Shown here in pieces: positions 24,876 to 37,987 of a stretch of DNA of 64,000 bases (position 1 is the stretch's first letter; the number at the start of each line of letters is the position of its first letter). Location: NCBI RefSeq assembly GCF_000143415.4, contig NW_003314350.1, positions 496,001 through 560,000 of the forward strand, given 5' to 3'. This stretch comes from Selaginella moellendorffii. Its lineage: Eukaryota > Plantae > Lycopodiophyta. The position numbers and the translations under genes are program-made. The notes beneath the pieces are model-generated. The model saw nothing but the letters and a program-made list of their open reading frames with translations, was not told the DNA's origin and made no database searches.

Positions 24876-25153
24876 TGCCCCCAAATCTGTCAGCTACACC
24901 TGCGACCAAAAGATTTCAAGCGCCGAGCTGAGCTCCAGATCTAAGCAATGCGCGAATCCATCGTACCTCTAGGCGTCGGCGCCGCATCCACGCGCCACCG
25001 CTTCCTCTCGCCAAGCCCTAGCGACGAGATCTTCCCGCTTTAGCAGCCATTTCGAAAATGCTCTATCCCGAGGTTAAGGTTAAAAGAAAAGCTTTGTATT
25101 AACTTAGGTGTAATAAAACATTTTAGTTTAAGAGATTAAACAAAAACCCTTTT

Positions 25154-26835
25154 TTACTGTCGCTGCCTCTTTGGTATCACGCGAACTGGTTCTTCAGTGA
25201 TCACGGCAGTATCCCTGCTAGCAAGATCAATTTCCTTCTCGGCTTTTATATCGAAATTCCGGCCTCTCTTATTGCAGCTCTTGCCTTGGTCGTCGATCAT
25301 CGAGTTTTTCCTGGGAGAAAAACTTACAATCTCAACGATCTTTGAATCAAAGTAAAGAACAAAGCGTACCTGAGAACTGGAAGCTCGAGAGAATTGGAAT
25401 TCTTCCCTGGAGACGAACAGAAAAGTTTCTTGTCGTCGTGACCACGAACAAGGCTGCTCTGGAGCGAGAGCATCTTCTCCATAAGATCTTTGGTGTTCAT
25501 CTTCGTTCTCTGGAGCTCCAGATGGATCTGTTTGAGCTTGTCGTCGTGACGAGAGATCACGACGTGGTTGTTCTTGAGCTCGTCGAAACCGGCGATTCGT
25601 GACAATGTTGCGTCGTGATCCGCCTTCAAGCCATCGTACTTGGCTTGAGCTAGCTGCAAGTTTTCCTTCATCGTCTCGGCCTCGCCTTCGACCTTTCTCA
25701 ACTGCTTTCGCAGCAGTCTCGAGTATTTCTCCATGTCCGCCAGCTCGTCCTCCTTGAACTGAAGCTTCTTCTCTAGCTCGCAAATCTCCTGTTTGAGCTG
25801 GACGTGATCCTTCTCGGCTTGAGCTAGGCTGGCCTTAATCTTGGACAGCTCGAACAATCCCAGCTGCTGCACGGTCCATTCGGAAGCATCCAGCTTCTCG
25901 TCCTTCTCTCGAGCGAAAGTGATGAGCTCACCCAGCATGGACTCGAGCTCCTTCATCTTCGCATTTGCTCCATCCAGCCTCTCAGCCACCTCGTTGCCAG
26001 GATCAATACTCGTCCTTAAATCCGAAACCACTTCCTTGTTGTACGCAAGGCTCGTCGCCGCCAGCATGCCCTTCAAGCGATGGCGTTCTTCTTGAGCCTC
26101 CCGGGTCTCCTCCACAAGCTTCGACGTTTTCTCACGTAAATCCCCGGCCTCCTCCTTCAAACTGGAAAGCTCGGCGTCCTTTGCGAGGAGAACTTTCCTC
26201 AAGGACACATTTTCCACCAGTTTTTCTTGGAGCTCACTCGTAGCTCGATCCATTGCTTGCCTCAAGGACTGGAGCTGAGCGTCATAGGCCATTTGGGATG
26301 CTTCGCGAGCTTCTCTGCTACACCGCAGCTCCTCGATCTTTTCTCGCAGCGAGCTTTCCATCGCGCGCGACCTGTCTTTCTCGATCCTGGCCTCCACACA
26401 AGCGCTGTTCCACTCCACGCATTTGTCCTCAAGTTCCGAGGCCAGCCCCTGGATCTCATTCACGAAAGCCTCCTCTTTTCTGCTCCACTCGGATTTCTTC
26501 TCCTCCCATTCTTTCTTGAGCTCCAGAATCACCCGATCTTTCCCCTCGCTCTCTCTTGCTAGCGCGGCCACTTCTTTCTGGTTGTCATCGATTCTTCCCT
26601 GTGACGCGCCCAACTTCTCCTCAAAGCTCAAGACCTGGGCTTCTTTGTAGGTGAGGCGCGTCTCCAAGGCGCGCACTCTCTGCTCCAGGGCCGCGTGCTT
26701 CTCCTGGAGCTTCCGAAATCCATCTTCCTCCTCATCGGACTCCTCCGATTCTTTCGCTGCCGCTGGACTCTTGCTCGGATCGCCCAAGCCGAAGCGCTGG
26801 AAGCTCCTCTTCCAGATCTCGACGCTGAAATTCAT
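25154..26835 (-). CDS. Shorter coiled-coil paralog (intron about 25311-25369)
   Basis: Shares ANAKxKELESML...KDExLDASEWxVQQLGL with the neighbouring gene; spliced tail ends VIPKRQRQ*. Confidence 0.82.
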
Positions 26836-26894
26836 CGCATTCTCGAGCTAGCCATCCTGCATTCCCGCGGATGGATCTGGGGCGCCTACCTGGA

Positions 26895-27100
26895 GATCGC
26901 CAAACCCTAGCGCCTCGACGATGTCGTGTGGGCGGGAGTGAGAAGACATGCTTCACACTTAAAGAATGATTCTTGTTCTCTCCACTTCTTGGTCTTCTTT
27001 AACGCGTCCCTGGCAGGAATCGAACCCCCGACAGTACCAAGCTAGAGATTTTTATTTTTAAATTTTGATGACGTGGCTGGTTTGCTGACGTCACTCATGC
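26895..27100. promoter_or_regulatory. Short divergent intergenic region with telo-box and ACGT elements
   Basis: AAACCCTAG at about 26902, TGACGTGG about 27068, TGACGTCA about 27086, between head-to-head ATGs 293 bp apart. Confidence 0.45.
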
Positions 27101-27127
27101 TTCCAGCTCAAGCTAGGGTTGGTGGCT

Positions 27128-27816
27128 ATGGCGCGGCGATTGCTCGTAGCGATGATCCAGCTGCTTGTGATCGCTGCTGTGGCTAAGAAGGTCCGGATTC
27201 CCGATCATCTGGATGATGTCGTTGACGATGAGGAGGATGAGGAGTGGAAAATGTGGGGGAAGAAGGCCGTCTCCAAGCCCGTTTTTGATCCTCCGCCGGA
27301 CTTCACAGGTATGACGCCCGACCAGATCCAGGCGGAGATGATGAAGCGCCACATTGGTCCCGCAATGGGATTCGTCAAGCTCCGCTTGGATGTTCCACGA
27401 TCAAAGGTAAGGATCGAATTTCCTTGCTTGTTCTTGTTAGTTTAGTCGGGATTTAAGTCGAGATTTTGTGAATGCTGATTAGGAGGAGCTGCCAGAGCTT
27501 GCGAAGAAATGGTCGCGGCTTCTTCGCACTGGAGGCATTGGTGCCAGAGTGACTGCCGTGGATTTAAACACCCTCATGTTTACACTAGATAGCGGAAAGG
27601 AAACCACGGAGGTATGGATTTTTCCAGTATTGATATCTTTTGTTGATCTCTTCTTTCTTTCAGCTCAAGGACTTTTTCCTAAGGCAGCCAGAAGCTTATG
27701 AAGTGAAAATTGGGCAGCAAGCTTTTCGGCGCCCTGGAGATCCTCCGCTGGAAGTTGTCATTGAAAAACGGAAGCTGGCAAAGGAGAGAAAGCAAGAGCC
27801 AAATGACGAACTCTGA
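27128..27816 (+). CDS. MESD-like (LRP chaperone family) ER protein; exons 27128-27406, 27483-27611, 27664-27816
   Basis: Signal peptide, KKVRIPDHLDDVVDDEEDEEWKMWG, GFVKLRL, AYEVKIG and C-terminal NDEL retention signal. Confidence 0.88.
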
Positions 27817-28942
27817 AACTTTTCTCAAAGGTATTTTGCTCTCGAATTTTACTTCGTGTGTTGAAGTTCTTGATTAACATACCGGTTTCTGTTTTCGTTG
27901 CAGACGATGTACTCTCATTTTGGACGTGTGGAGTGAAACCGTGGTGGAAAACCATGGTACCTCAAAGGAGTAGCCGATGTTACACGTAATCGAGGGAGCA
28001 GCGGAGGCACACTGATATTATCAACGCTGAGGTACTAAGGGGGCGATGACCAGAAAAAATCTAGCTTCTGGTCAGGCCTCGCTGGAACTCGAGGAAGCGG
28101 CAAGACGCCATTGCCATTTTGAAGCTTCTGTGAATTCAGGGTGGCCGTGAGGAAGAGTTTTTAAGCGGCTGGTATCCATAAAGGGTGATATTGAAGCTTG
28201 CACTGAAAATGTTGATAAAAGACAACACATCTAGAACAAAAATGCACATATCATAGCTTGAGATTTTTTATTTTTAATAAACAGATATAAACATTGTGAA
28301 TTAAGCTGATGGGACACAAAGGTTATAGTGATTGAATGGCATCTCCTCATCATTCTTTTCCATTTGGTTTGAGCCATCTTCATGTTAAGCCATCACAGAC
28401 TGATAATATTAACAAAAATTCAGGAAGTAGTGATCCTCTTGACTGTGTATTCCACAATTCGGGAAAATGGAGGTGAGTAACCTGGTTTCTTCTTTCTTTT
28501 CCTTCTTCTTTTGAGGGATTAAACCGGGTTGTGTACAACTGAAGCAACGTTTCCACCATTTCTGGCAAGAGCTGCGCCAAACCCTGTGGCTCCATGTCTG
28601 ATGTGCAGGACCACTGCCGCGATCGCCACCGTCAGCGCGTAGATTCATTGTGCTTGATGCGTAGACTAAACAGCGGTCTCAACAGTTTTGCTGACTAAAC
28701 AAGGACGGCCGTGAAGTCACTTCTAAGAATTCTGGTGCCACCCTTTAATATGGTGACTTTGACTATATGACTTGTAAAAATTTAATTATGAGTGGAAATT
28801 TGTGGACACTTCAAAGTCTTGTGATGAAAATAATATGGTCAATTCAAGCATGCAAGAACTTCGATATATAAGTATAACGCGAGTTCTTGATCCAAACAAC
28901 ACGGTGAAGTCACCCAATTCAAAGCTTCTAGATTTCTAATTG

Positions 28943-30492
28943 ATGGAGTTAGCACTCTCTAGTTTCCCGCTTCCTTTTCTCTTACTAGTGCTCACTGGAG
29001 CTCTTAGCATTCTGGTCACTTTGTGGGATAAAAGAAGAATTTGCCCCCATCTCCAGGATGGGCACTTCCATTGATCGGCCACCTTCATCTCATTAGGAAG
29101 CAGCCACATCGAGCTTTGCAAGCACTCTCCAAAAAGTATGGGCCAATTATGTTCTTGAAGCTTGGGATGGTCCCAAGCATCATTGTCTCCAGCCCAGAGA
29201 TGGCGAAAGAAGCTCTCACGAACAATGGCTTGGCATTTGCTTCGAGGCCATATCTCTTGGTCTCCGAGATTATTGGGTATAATTTCCAAAACATTGGGAT
29301 ACACTACAGCGAGCACTCAAGGAGGCTGCGTAAGATGTGTGTGACTGAACTTATTGCTCCCCAGAAACTGGACTCCTCCTTGTGGGTGAGGCTCCAAGAA
29401 CTCTCGAGAGCGTTTCGTATCTTACAACAGTCTTACGAGGAAAATGTGGCTGTCGACATGAGATATCTCTTCTCAACTTTCACATTCAACGCCTTCACAA
29501 TGATTCTGATGAGCAAGAGATACTTTGGGGACACCACTGATGATCATGATCAACACATGGAGCTTAAACATGTTATTAACGAAATCTTCAGCCTGACAAT
29601 CAAGTTCCACATCACCGAATTTGTTCCATCGCACCTCAGGCGCTTTTTCGAATGGGTCGATCCGACCATCCCTCAGTTCAAGAGATTGCACGAGAAGCAA
29701 GACAAGTTCATGAAGAAGGTCATCGAAGAACACAAAGAGCCAACTGATCGTCCCAAAGACTTCATGGACGCACTGCTCGAGAGTTTCAATGCAGAAGACA
29801 CTGTAAAAGCGTTTATAACAGTAAGTTCACTCTGCATATAAACTCAGTCCTTATACCATCGTGGTTGACAGGAGTTGTTGCTAGCATCTGATTCAACGGC
29901 CGTGGCTGCTGAATGGGTGATGGCACAACTTCTTCATAATCCTCATGTTTTGGAGAAAGCTCAACTCGAGCTCAACCTTGTCGTGGGTCCGAATCGCCTG
30001 GTTCAAGAGTCTGATTTCTCAAAGCTCGAGTACTTTCAAGCAATCATCAAGGAAACCTTGAGGCTTTGTCCTCCAGGTCCGCTCCTCATCCCTCGCAGCT
30101 CGGACGTCGCTTGCACGATTGGTGGCTACTACGTTCCCAAAGGCTCAACACTCTTTGTCAATGCTTTCGCCATTGGACGCGATCCAAGTATCTGGGAACG
30201 CCCCACAGAGTTCATGCCCGAGAGATTCCTTGGGAGATCAGTGGATTTCAAGGGCCAGTACTTCGATCTCATACCATTTGGATCGGGGCGGAGGATGTGT
30301 CCTGGGATGCCACTCGCATTGAAAGCGCTTGAGCTGCTCTTGGCTAACTTTGTCCATGGATTTTATTGGAGCTTCCCTCCCGGAGAGATCCAAACTCTTG
30401 AGGATTGCTTCGAGACGACGCTGGTGCTCAAGTCTCCTCTAAAACTCCTGGCAGTTCCAAGACATTCAGCGTCTGTTTATGCTGAAATCTGA
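28943..30492 (+). CDS. Cytochrome P450 (CYP71 clan) copy 1, with a 1-nt frameshift near 29030; intron 29821-29871
   Basis: Membrane anchor from ATG 28943 is out of frame with PPSPG at 29041; ETLR, PERF and FGSGRRMCPG intact. Confidence 0.88.
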
Positions 30493-31183
30493 ACTGATAC
30501 TGTTAAATAACGTGGACATATCTTCTTGTGGAATATTTTCTAAAATAAACGTTGTTTCTTAATAAATCGGCAGGACTCATCTAGTGTGCTGTTCGCTACT
30601 GAGGCCTTCGGCAGTAGCTTGCTTTCAAGGCTTCCAAAGGTATTCGGCATACTGGAAAGAGATGAGGTCGCGAATAGCGCATTGCATCATGCTGTTGACC
30701 ACACCAATCAACTCCACAAACAAAATTCATACAATCTGGGCGATGGATTCATCTGAAATACCAAGCAAGCAAGCAGCCATTTGAAATTTCTATGAAGTTC
30801 TCGCATTCTGCATTTTTCTTTACACACTGCCAAGGAAAAAAATGCCACTCACGACATCAAGCCACCTTCACTGCCACCTTTTAGAATTTTCTTCTAGATA
30901 TGGATTTGATTGAAGCTTTTGGGGAGATCCAAAATCCTGACGCTTGCTTCGAGCTGTTAAAGTCTTGTGGGAGCAGTGGCTTGGTGGGTTCATTTGTCGC
31001 CCCCCTCGGGTCACGCTATGACTGCCGACCTGTCAAACTGTATACATAGGTAATAAAGTTTGTTTTTAAAGCCTAAAAATCTTAGTTAATAGTGGTCCAA
31101 ATTAAAATTAAAATCTTATTATGCTAGTAATAATATAGTACATTTATTTATCACAAATTTTGTTTATTCCACTTTAATGAAAA

Positions 31184-31342
31184 TGGAGACAATGGTGCTT
31201 GGCACTAATCCTAGCTTTAAATACATGACTGATCCACAGTCTTTCCCAACAAGATGAATCCCATGAAGTTGTTATTGTTCCTCTATAAGGCAGTGAACCC
31301 CATGATTAATTAGAAGAGTAGCAAGAGAAGCAATATCAACTC
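31184..31342 (-). pseudogene. Inverted, internally deleted fragment of the 5' end of P450 copy 2
   Basis: Reverse complement matches blocks of 31833-32049 (gaggaacaataacaactt; atgtattt..aagct..gattagtgccaagca..attgtctcca). Confidence 0.8.
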
Positions 31343-31829
31343 AGTTCAGAACACCGTTACTTAACGTGGTGACACAAGGGGCTTTTGCAGACTCTGCTCA
31401 GTTAATGTTTGTGATTTCAACTGATCCAGTAAGGGGCCATGTACCTTTCAATCCAGTGAAGTCTACTTTCTTGGTGACTCACTGTCGAGCTGACACCGCC
31501 ACCGCCACATGCTTTTACTTGGGATTTTTTTTGGAAACTTCTCCTGCAAACTCGGACTGACACATTCAACTTATTGAATTTGAATTATTCAGAATTTAGT
31601 GCCAAATTCATACGCATGAAATAGTATTATGACAAGTATGCAAGCAGAAGACTTGGTAATTAAACTGTTAATCATCAACTTTGCAGTTCTCAAAGAGTTT
31701 AGTGACAGCAAAGCATAATCTTCAAATGAAAAGTCGACGAGTGTCATGTCCAAATAAGACTTTACTATTCCTACTATACCAATACTTTTCCTATATATAA
31801 GTAAGCCCCTTCCCAAAAATATCAAGCTA

Positions 31830-33375
31830 ATGGAGTCGACATTGCTTCTCTTCTTTCTGATAATGGGCTTCAGTGCCTTATGGAGGAACAATAACAACTT
31901 GCCCCCATCTCCAGGATGGGCAATTCCACTTGTTGGCCACCTCTATCTCGTTGGGATGCAAGCACACAGATCTTTGCAAGCACTCTCGCAAAAGTGTGGA
32001 CCAATAATGTATTTGAAGCTGGGATTAGTGCCAAGCATCATTGTCTCCAGTCCAGAGATGGCAAAAGAAGCGCTCAAGGACAATGGCTTGGCCTTTGCTT
32101 CGAGGCCATATCTTTTGATCAATGAGCTTGTAGGCTACAACTCCGTGGGAATTGGAATACGCTATGGCGAGCATACGAAGCGGCTGCGAAAGATTTGCAC
32201 TGTGGAGTTCCTCACAACCCAGAGAATAAATTCTTTTTCTTGGGTGAGATCGGAAGAATTGTCCAGAGCCTTTCGCGTTTTGCTAAAGTCGAGCGAGAGA
32301 AAAGCGGCAGTAAACTTGCGAGAGCTTTTGTCAACTTTCACATTCAACGCAGTGACAGAGATTTTGATGAGCAGGAGATTCTTTGGCGATGCTTCCAAAG
32401 GAGACGCAGACTCCATAAAGTTCAGGAGATCTATACACCAGAGCTTAAGTCTGGCCATCAAGTTCCACATCACAGAGTTTGTTCCAGCCTACTTGAGAGG
32501 ATTCCTTGAGTGGCTTGATCCCTCCATCCCTCACTTCAAGAAGTTGCATGAGATTCAAGATAGGTTCTTGCAAAAAGTACTTGAGGAACACAAGGAATCA
32601 CGCCAGAGTACCAAAGATTTCATGGATATCATGCTAGAGAACTTCAAGGAGGAAGGGTCAGGAGGCGAAAACGTTGTCAAAGCTGTTATAACAGTAAGTC
32701 TGGAGCATCCAAAATGATCAAACTAGATTAACTTGTCTTTTGTTCAAATAACAGGATCTAATTCTGGCATCAGACTCGACTGGAGTAGCTGCTGAATGGG
32801 CGATGGCACAACTTCTTCACAACCCCTCTGTTATGGAGAAAGCCCAGATCGAGCTCAACCTTGTCGTGGGTCCAAACCGCCTAGTCGAAGAGTCCGATTT
32901 CTCAAAGCTGGAGTATTTTCAAGCTATTATCAAGGAAACTATGAGACTTTGCCCTCCAGGTCCACTCCTCATCCCTCGCAGCTCGGATGAAGCTTGCAAG
33001 ATTGGTGGCTATCACATCCCCAAAGGCTCTACGTTGTTTATCAATGCTTTTGCCATGGGACGCGACCCAAGAATCTGGGAACACCCCACGAAGTTTATGC
33101 CCGAGAGATTCCTTGGAAGCTCGACGGACATCAAGGGCCAGCATTTCGAGCTCATACCATTTGGATCAGGGCGGAGGATTTGCCCCGGGATGCCACTGGG
33201 ACTGAGGACTCTCCAGTTGATACTGTCAAATTTACTCCATGGTTTTGATTGGAGCTTCGTCCAGGGAAAAGTTTATACTCTAGAGGATACTTTTGAGACT
33301 GCGTTGCTGCTCAAGACTCCTTTGGAGGTAATGGCAACTCCAAGGCACTCCTTGGATGTATATAAAGTATTCTAA
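31830..33375 (+). CDS. Cytochrome P450 (CYP71 clan) copy 2; intron 32694-32754
   Basis: Anchor, PPSPG, ETMR, PERF, FGSGRRICPG; tandem paralog of copy 1. Confidence 0.93.
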
Positions 33376-33428
33376 ACTGTGATTTAGAAGAACATAATAA
33401 TAATTTGCGTATAGATTTGATATTTGTC

Positions 33429-34250
33429 ATGGCTGTTCTTCTAAAGTCTTTGAAACCAGGTTACTCTGACGATCGCATAAGGGAGCAAAACTACTTTGCC
33501 AGTCTTCTCAAATCTTGCACAGACTCAAGAAATCTCCAGCAAGGCAGGCAAATTCACACTCGAATTCTAGAGCTTCCAGATCTCTACCTTTGCAACCTCC
33601 TCGTTCTCATGTATGGAAAGTGTGGCAGCATTGAAGATGCCCAATCCCAATGATTTCTCCTGGAACATCTTGTTTGGTGTATATGCCCAGAATGGGCGTT
33701 TGCAGCAAGCCAAGAACGGCTAGATCGAGCCAAAGAGATGTTCGATGCAACACCTTGAAAGGACACTTCCTCTTGGAATGGAATGATGCATGCATTTTGT
33801 CAGACTGGACAGGTCGACGCTGCGAGAGAGATTTCTGACACCATGCCTGACAAAGATGTCGTGTCGTGGTTGTGTGTTATTTCAGCTTATACCCAGAACG
33901 GGCATCTTGAAGAAGCCGGGACCTTGTTTTTGAGAATGCCAAATTCAAATGTGATCACTTTCAACACAATGATTTCACAAGCTTGATCGTGTGAAGAATT
34001 TGTTTGATTCAATGCCGGAGAGGGATTTGGTGACATGGGCAAGCTCTTGACATATGCTTAGAAGAAAAACCTCTAAAACGCAGAGTTGTTCAAAAGCATG
34101 CCGAGATGACATTCTGTTAATGAACGTGATGATCAATGCTTATGTTTTTGCCAGCTTGAGAAGTCCATTTTTACTTTCGATGTATTATAAAAATGTAGTT
34201 TCATGGACGTTTGTTCTTTCTGCATATGCTCAGGCATTGGAGAAAAATTG
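33429..34250 (+). pseudogene. PLS-class PPR pseudogene
   Basis: FASLLKSC...MYGKCGSIEDA, MPDKDVVSW and YTQNGH scattered across frames with stops. Confidence 0.85.
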
Positions 34251-37200
34251 AATTTCATGATTGATGAAATTCAAATGAAACACTTAGGAATTCTTAAAAA
34301 TTCAAAAAAAATTACTTTAAATTTATAACCATGTGAATCCTGAATGTGAGATTATAAAGTTTTGTGAGTGCATGGAATATGGAAAGGGAATACAGAAATG
34401 TGCATATCAATTAGCCCAAAAACCCTAGCTTATATACAGGAGCGAGTGGTCCGAATTGAAACCAATCCGACGGCTACCAAAATCCACTATAGTATACAGC
34501 ATCGTAACCGTACACTTGGCCCTCACATCATCCCCTCCTCTCGGAATAATGGAAGGCCGTCAGGGTTCTCTTGTAGATGGGCCGGGATCTGGAGGAACGT
34601 CAGGAGGAGGCATCGGTGGATCTGTAGACGGTATTAACTACTCCTGATCCCTTTGTATGAAGCGTTTTAACCGCTGCACATGCACAATCTCCGGAGGATC
34701 GGCCTGCTGAACGTCATGCCGAACCTCATAAACTTGTGGTCCAACTTGCCGCAACACCCGATACGGTCCTTTCCACTGCGCAAGGAGCCCCTTAGATAAA
34801 CCACGTACCGTAAATGGGGAAAACGGACTAACACCAAATCATCCACTTTGTACTCCGCAGGTGGACGATGATGGGAATTGTAGCGCCGTTGTTGTCCCAC
34901 TTGTACGCGGCCTAAGTGTTCAGCAGACTCTGCTCAGACAAGTGGAAGAATGCTTGTCAAATATTGATCCCATGACCTAGCATCAGGAGCTCGTAGCAAT
35001 TGCGAAGGTAAACCCAGCTCTGTTGGTAATATTGGATCATAACCATATAGAAGTTTATATGGTGAAGCACCAACAGAACTCTGCACCCCTGTGACATAGG
35101 CATACCGAAGAGACGGCAAATAACCATCCCAATCTGAATGTTGAAAGTTCACATACTTCGCAATCATCCCTTTGAATGTCCAAACGAGCCGTTCCACCAG
35201 ACCGTCTGATTGTGGATGATAAGCACTCGTAAAAGTGTGGCGTATCCCCAACCGAGATGTCAAAACATGAAATACCTCAACCATAAATGCAGGACCATTA
35301 TCCGAAAGAATCCGCTCTGGACAAGAATGCTGGAACACCACTTGATTGAGGAGGAAGTATCCAACAGCAGTTGTAGAGGCACTAGCAAGAGCACCAACTT
35401 CCACCCAACAAGTCAAGTAGTCAGAAGCAATAATAACATACTCATTGCCAGCAGTCGATCATGGAAAAGGTCCCATAAGATCAAACGCCACCAACTCAAA
35501 TGGACGAGAAACTGCAATTGACTTCAACCGTCCTTCCGCAGCACAAGGGGGAGTATTACGAGCTTGGCACCAAACGCAGCTACGCACATACTGGATAATA
35601 TCACGTCGCATCTCTGGCCAATAGAAAGATCTGCGAAGCTTCTCAGTGACACGACGGTGTCCCATATGCCCACCTAGAATAGGAGAATCATGGTAGGCAT
35701 GGAGAAACCGCGGAATAAACACCGAAGGCACCACCAGCCGTAAATGATCATCAGGATCCGTCCCCACAAAATAAAGAAGGCCATCTTCAAGGTGATATTG
35801 AGAATGTAAATGCCGAAAAGGCAAGTCATCAGCAAGTGATGTAGGATTCTCAAACCCATCTCGAAGCCTTCGAATCCACGGCTCAATCTTTTGAGCCTCG
35901 CGAACCTCATCAAGAGGAGGTAGATCTTGCTCTACGCCCTGTGGACACTGAACGTCAAGGACAGCAACTGCCGACGGCACAGAATCCTCATCTAGAAAAT
36001 CCACAGATGCTGGAACAACAGGTTCGTCAGAAACATGAGAAGTGAGTGGAGAAGGAAGAGGAGCTCGAGAAAGGGCATCAGCATCAGCCATAGAACTCCC
36101 TGGGCGATGAACAACATCGAAATCATATATCTGAAGCTTCAAAGCCCATCGAGCCGTACGACCAACCAGGTTCTTCCGCTTCAATAATGAAGTAACAGCA
36201 GCATGGTCACCTTCAAGTAACGTCCGAGAACCATGTAGATATGCATGAAGTTTCTCGAAACCCCAGATTGCTGCTAAACACTCCTTCTCCGTCGTGGAGT
36301 AGTTCATCTCCGCTAGTTGTAATGTACGGCTTATATATGCAATGGGATGGCACTGACCAGGCACACTCGAGCTCTCTTGCATCAACACACCTCCAAGACC
36401 AATGTCAGAAGCATCCACACGCAAAATAAAAGGTCGAGTGTAGTCAGGATATGCCAAAACCGGAGGAGTCGTCAATAGCTCTTTGAGATTCACGAACGCC
36501 CGCTCACAATCGGGAGACCAGATGAAAGATGACATTGATGACTTTAGCAACGCTCGCAATGGTGTAGTGCGATCGGAAAGATGATCCACAAAACGACCAA
36601 GATACTGCACCTTACCCAAAAAGCGCTGCACATCATTCACACACTTCGGAGTAGGGAACTTTAGAACAGCCACAAGTTTGTCAGGATCAACTTGCAAACC
36701 CTCACGAGAAATACGGTACCCAAGATAAGTTGTGTCCTTGGACCCAAACACGCACTTCGACCGCTTCAGTTTTAAACCAACATCGCGTAGCCGATCCAAC
36801 ACTTTACAAACATCACGAACATGCTCCTCCCACGTCCCCTCCGAGTGGATCAAGACATCATCAACGAAGTCAGCCGTCACCTCCGGCATATCGCAAAGAA
36901 CCTCGTCCATCACCCGCTGAAAAGTTGCTGGAGCATTGTTCAAACTAAACGGCATCACCAAAAACTCGTATAAACCAAATGGTGTACGAAAAGCAGTCTT
37001 AGGAATATCTTCTTCAGCCATCGGTACTTGCCAATACCCAGAAGCAAGATCTAGCTTGGTGAACCAACGACTTCGCCCCAGACGATCTAAAAGATCAGCA
37101 GTGTGAGGAAGAGGGTACACGTCCGGGATCGTCACTTCATTTAACGGACGATAGTCGATGCAGAAACGAATACTCCCATCAGGCTTTGTCACAAGATGAG

Positions 37201-37987
37201 GTTNNNNNNNNNNNNNNNNNNNNNNNNNNNNNNNNNNNNNNNNNNNNNNNNNNNNNNNNNNNNNNNNNNNNNNNNNNNNNNNNNNNNNNNNNNNNNNNNN
37301 NNNNNNNNNNNNNNNNNNNNNNNNNNNNNNNNNNNNNNNNNNNNNNNNNNNNNNNNNNNNNNNNNNNNNNNNNNNNNNNNNNNNNNNNNNNNNNNNNNNN
37401 NNNNNNNNNNNNNNNNNNNNNNNNNNNNNNNNNNNNNNNNNNNNNNNNNNNNNNNNNNNNNNNNNNNNNNNNNNNNNNNNNNNNNNNNNNNNNNNNNNNN
37501 NNNNNNNNNNNNNNNNNGAAGCAGAGGTAAAAGTAGAGGGACAAAGAGGTACAGAAGTGAGCGTTTCTGCATCGACTATCGTCCGATGAATGAAGTGACG
37601 ATCCCGGACGTGTACCCTCTTCCTCACACTACTGATCTCTTGGATCGTCTGGGCCAAGAATGAGGTCAAAAGCTTGACTCGGCACCACCCGCAACGACTG
37701 CAACTCAAGCTCGAGATCGCCCACACGCACAACCAGGTCCGCCTCATCTCGTGCACATGCATGTGTACGGCCATTGCCATAAAGAATGAAAACTGGATCT
37801 GCCGCACGACGCAAGTGTAGACGACAACGTGTGGCAACAAGTCGAGCAATAGAAGATAAACTCGAACCTGTATCAACCAACACGGAGAGAAGAATAAGAG
37901 ACGTCTTGTTATAAAAATGAGCTTGGAAAGTAAACACTGGATGAACCGGTGCCGAGTGAACCCCTTGATGATACTCCCGAAAGAAAC

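Noticed and set aside
21435-26835. Coiled-coil pair as ZYP1 transverse filament genes
   Set aside because: No recognisable ZYP1 terminal motifs; coiled-coil content alone is not diagnostic.
27003-27035. tRNA-like B-box GGTTCGATTCC on the minus strand
   Set aside because: The T-stem does not pair fully and no anticodon arm, D-arm or matching acceptor strand is present.
35459-37876. 805-aa pol ORF as an intact protein
   Set aside because: It reads through an N gap and an inverted insert, and its N-terminus is not in the protease frame.
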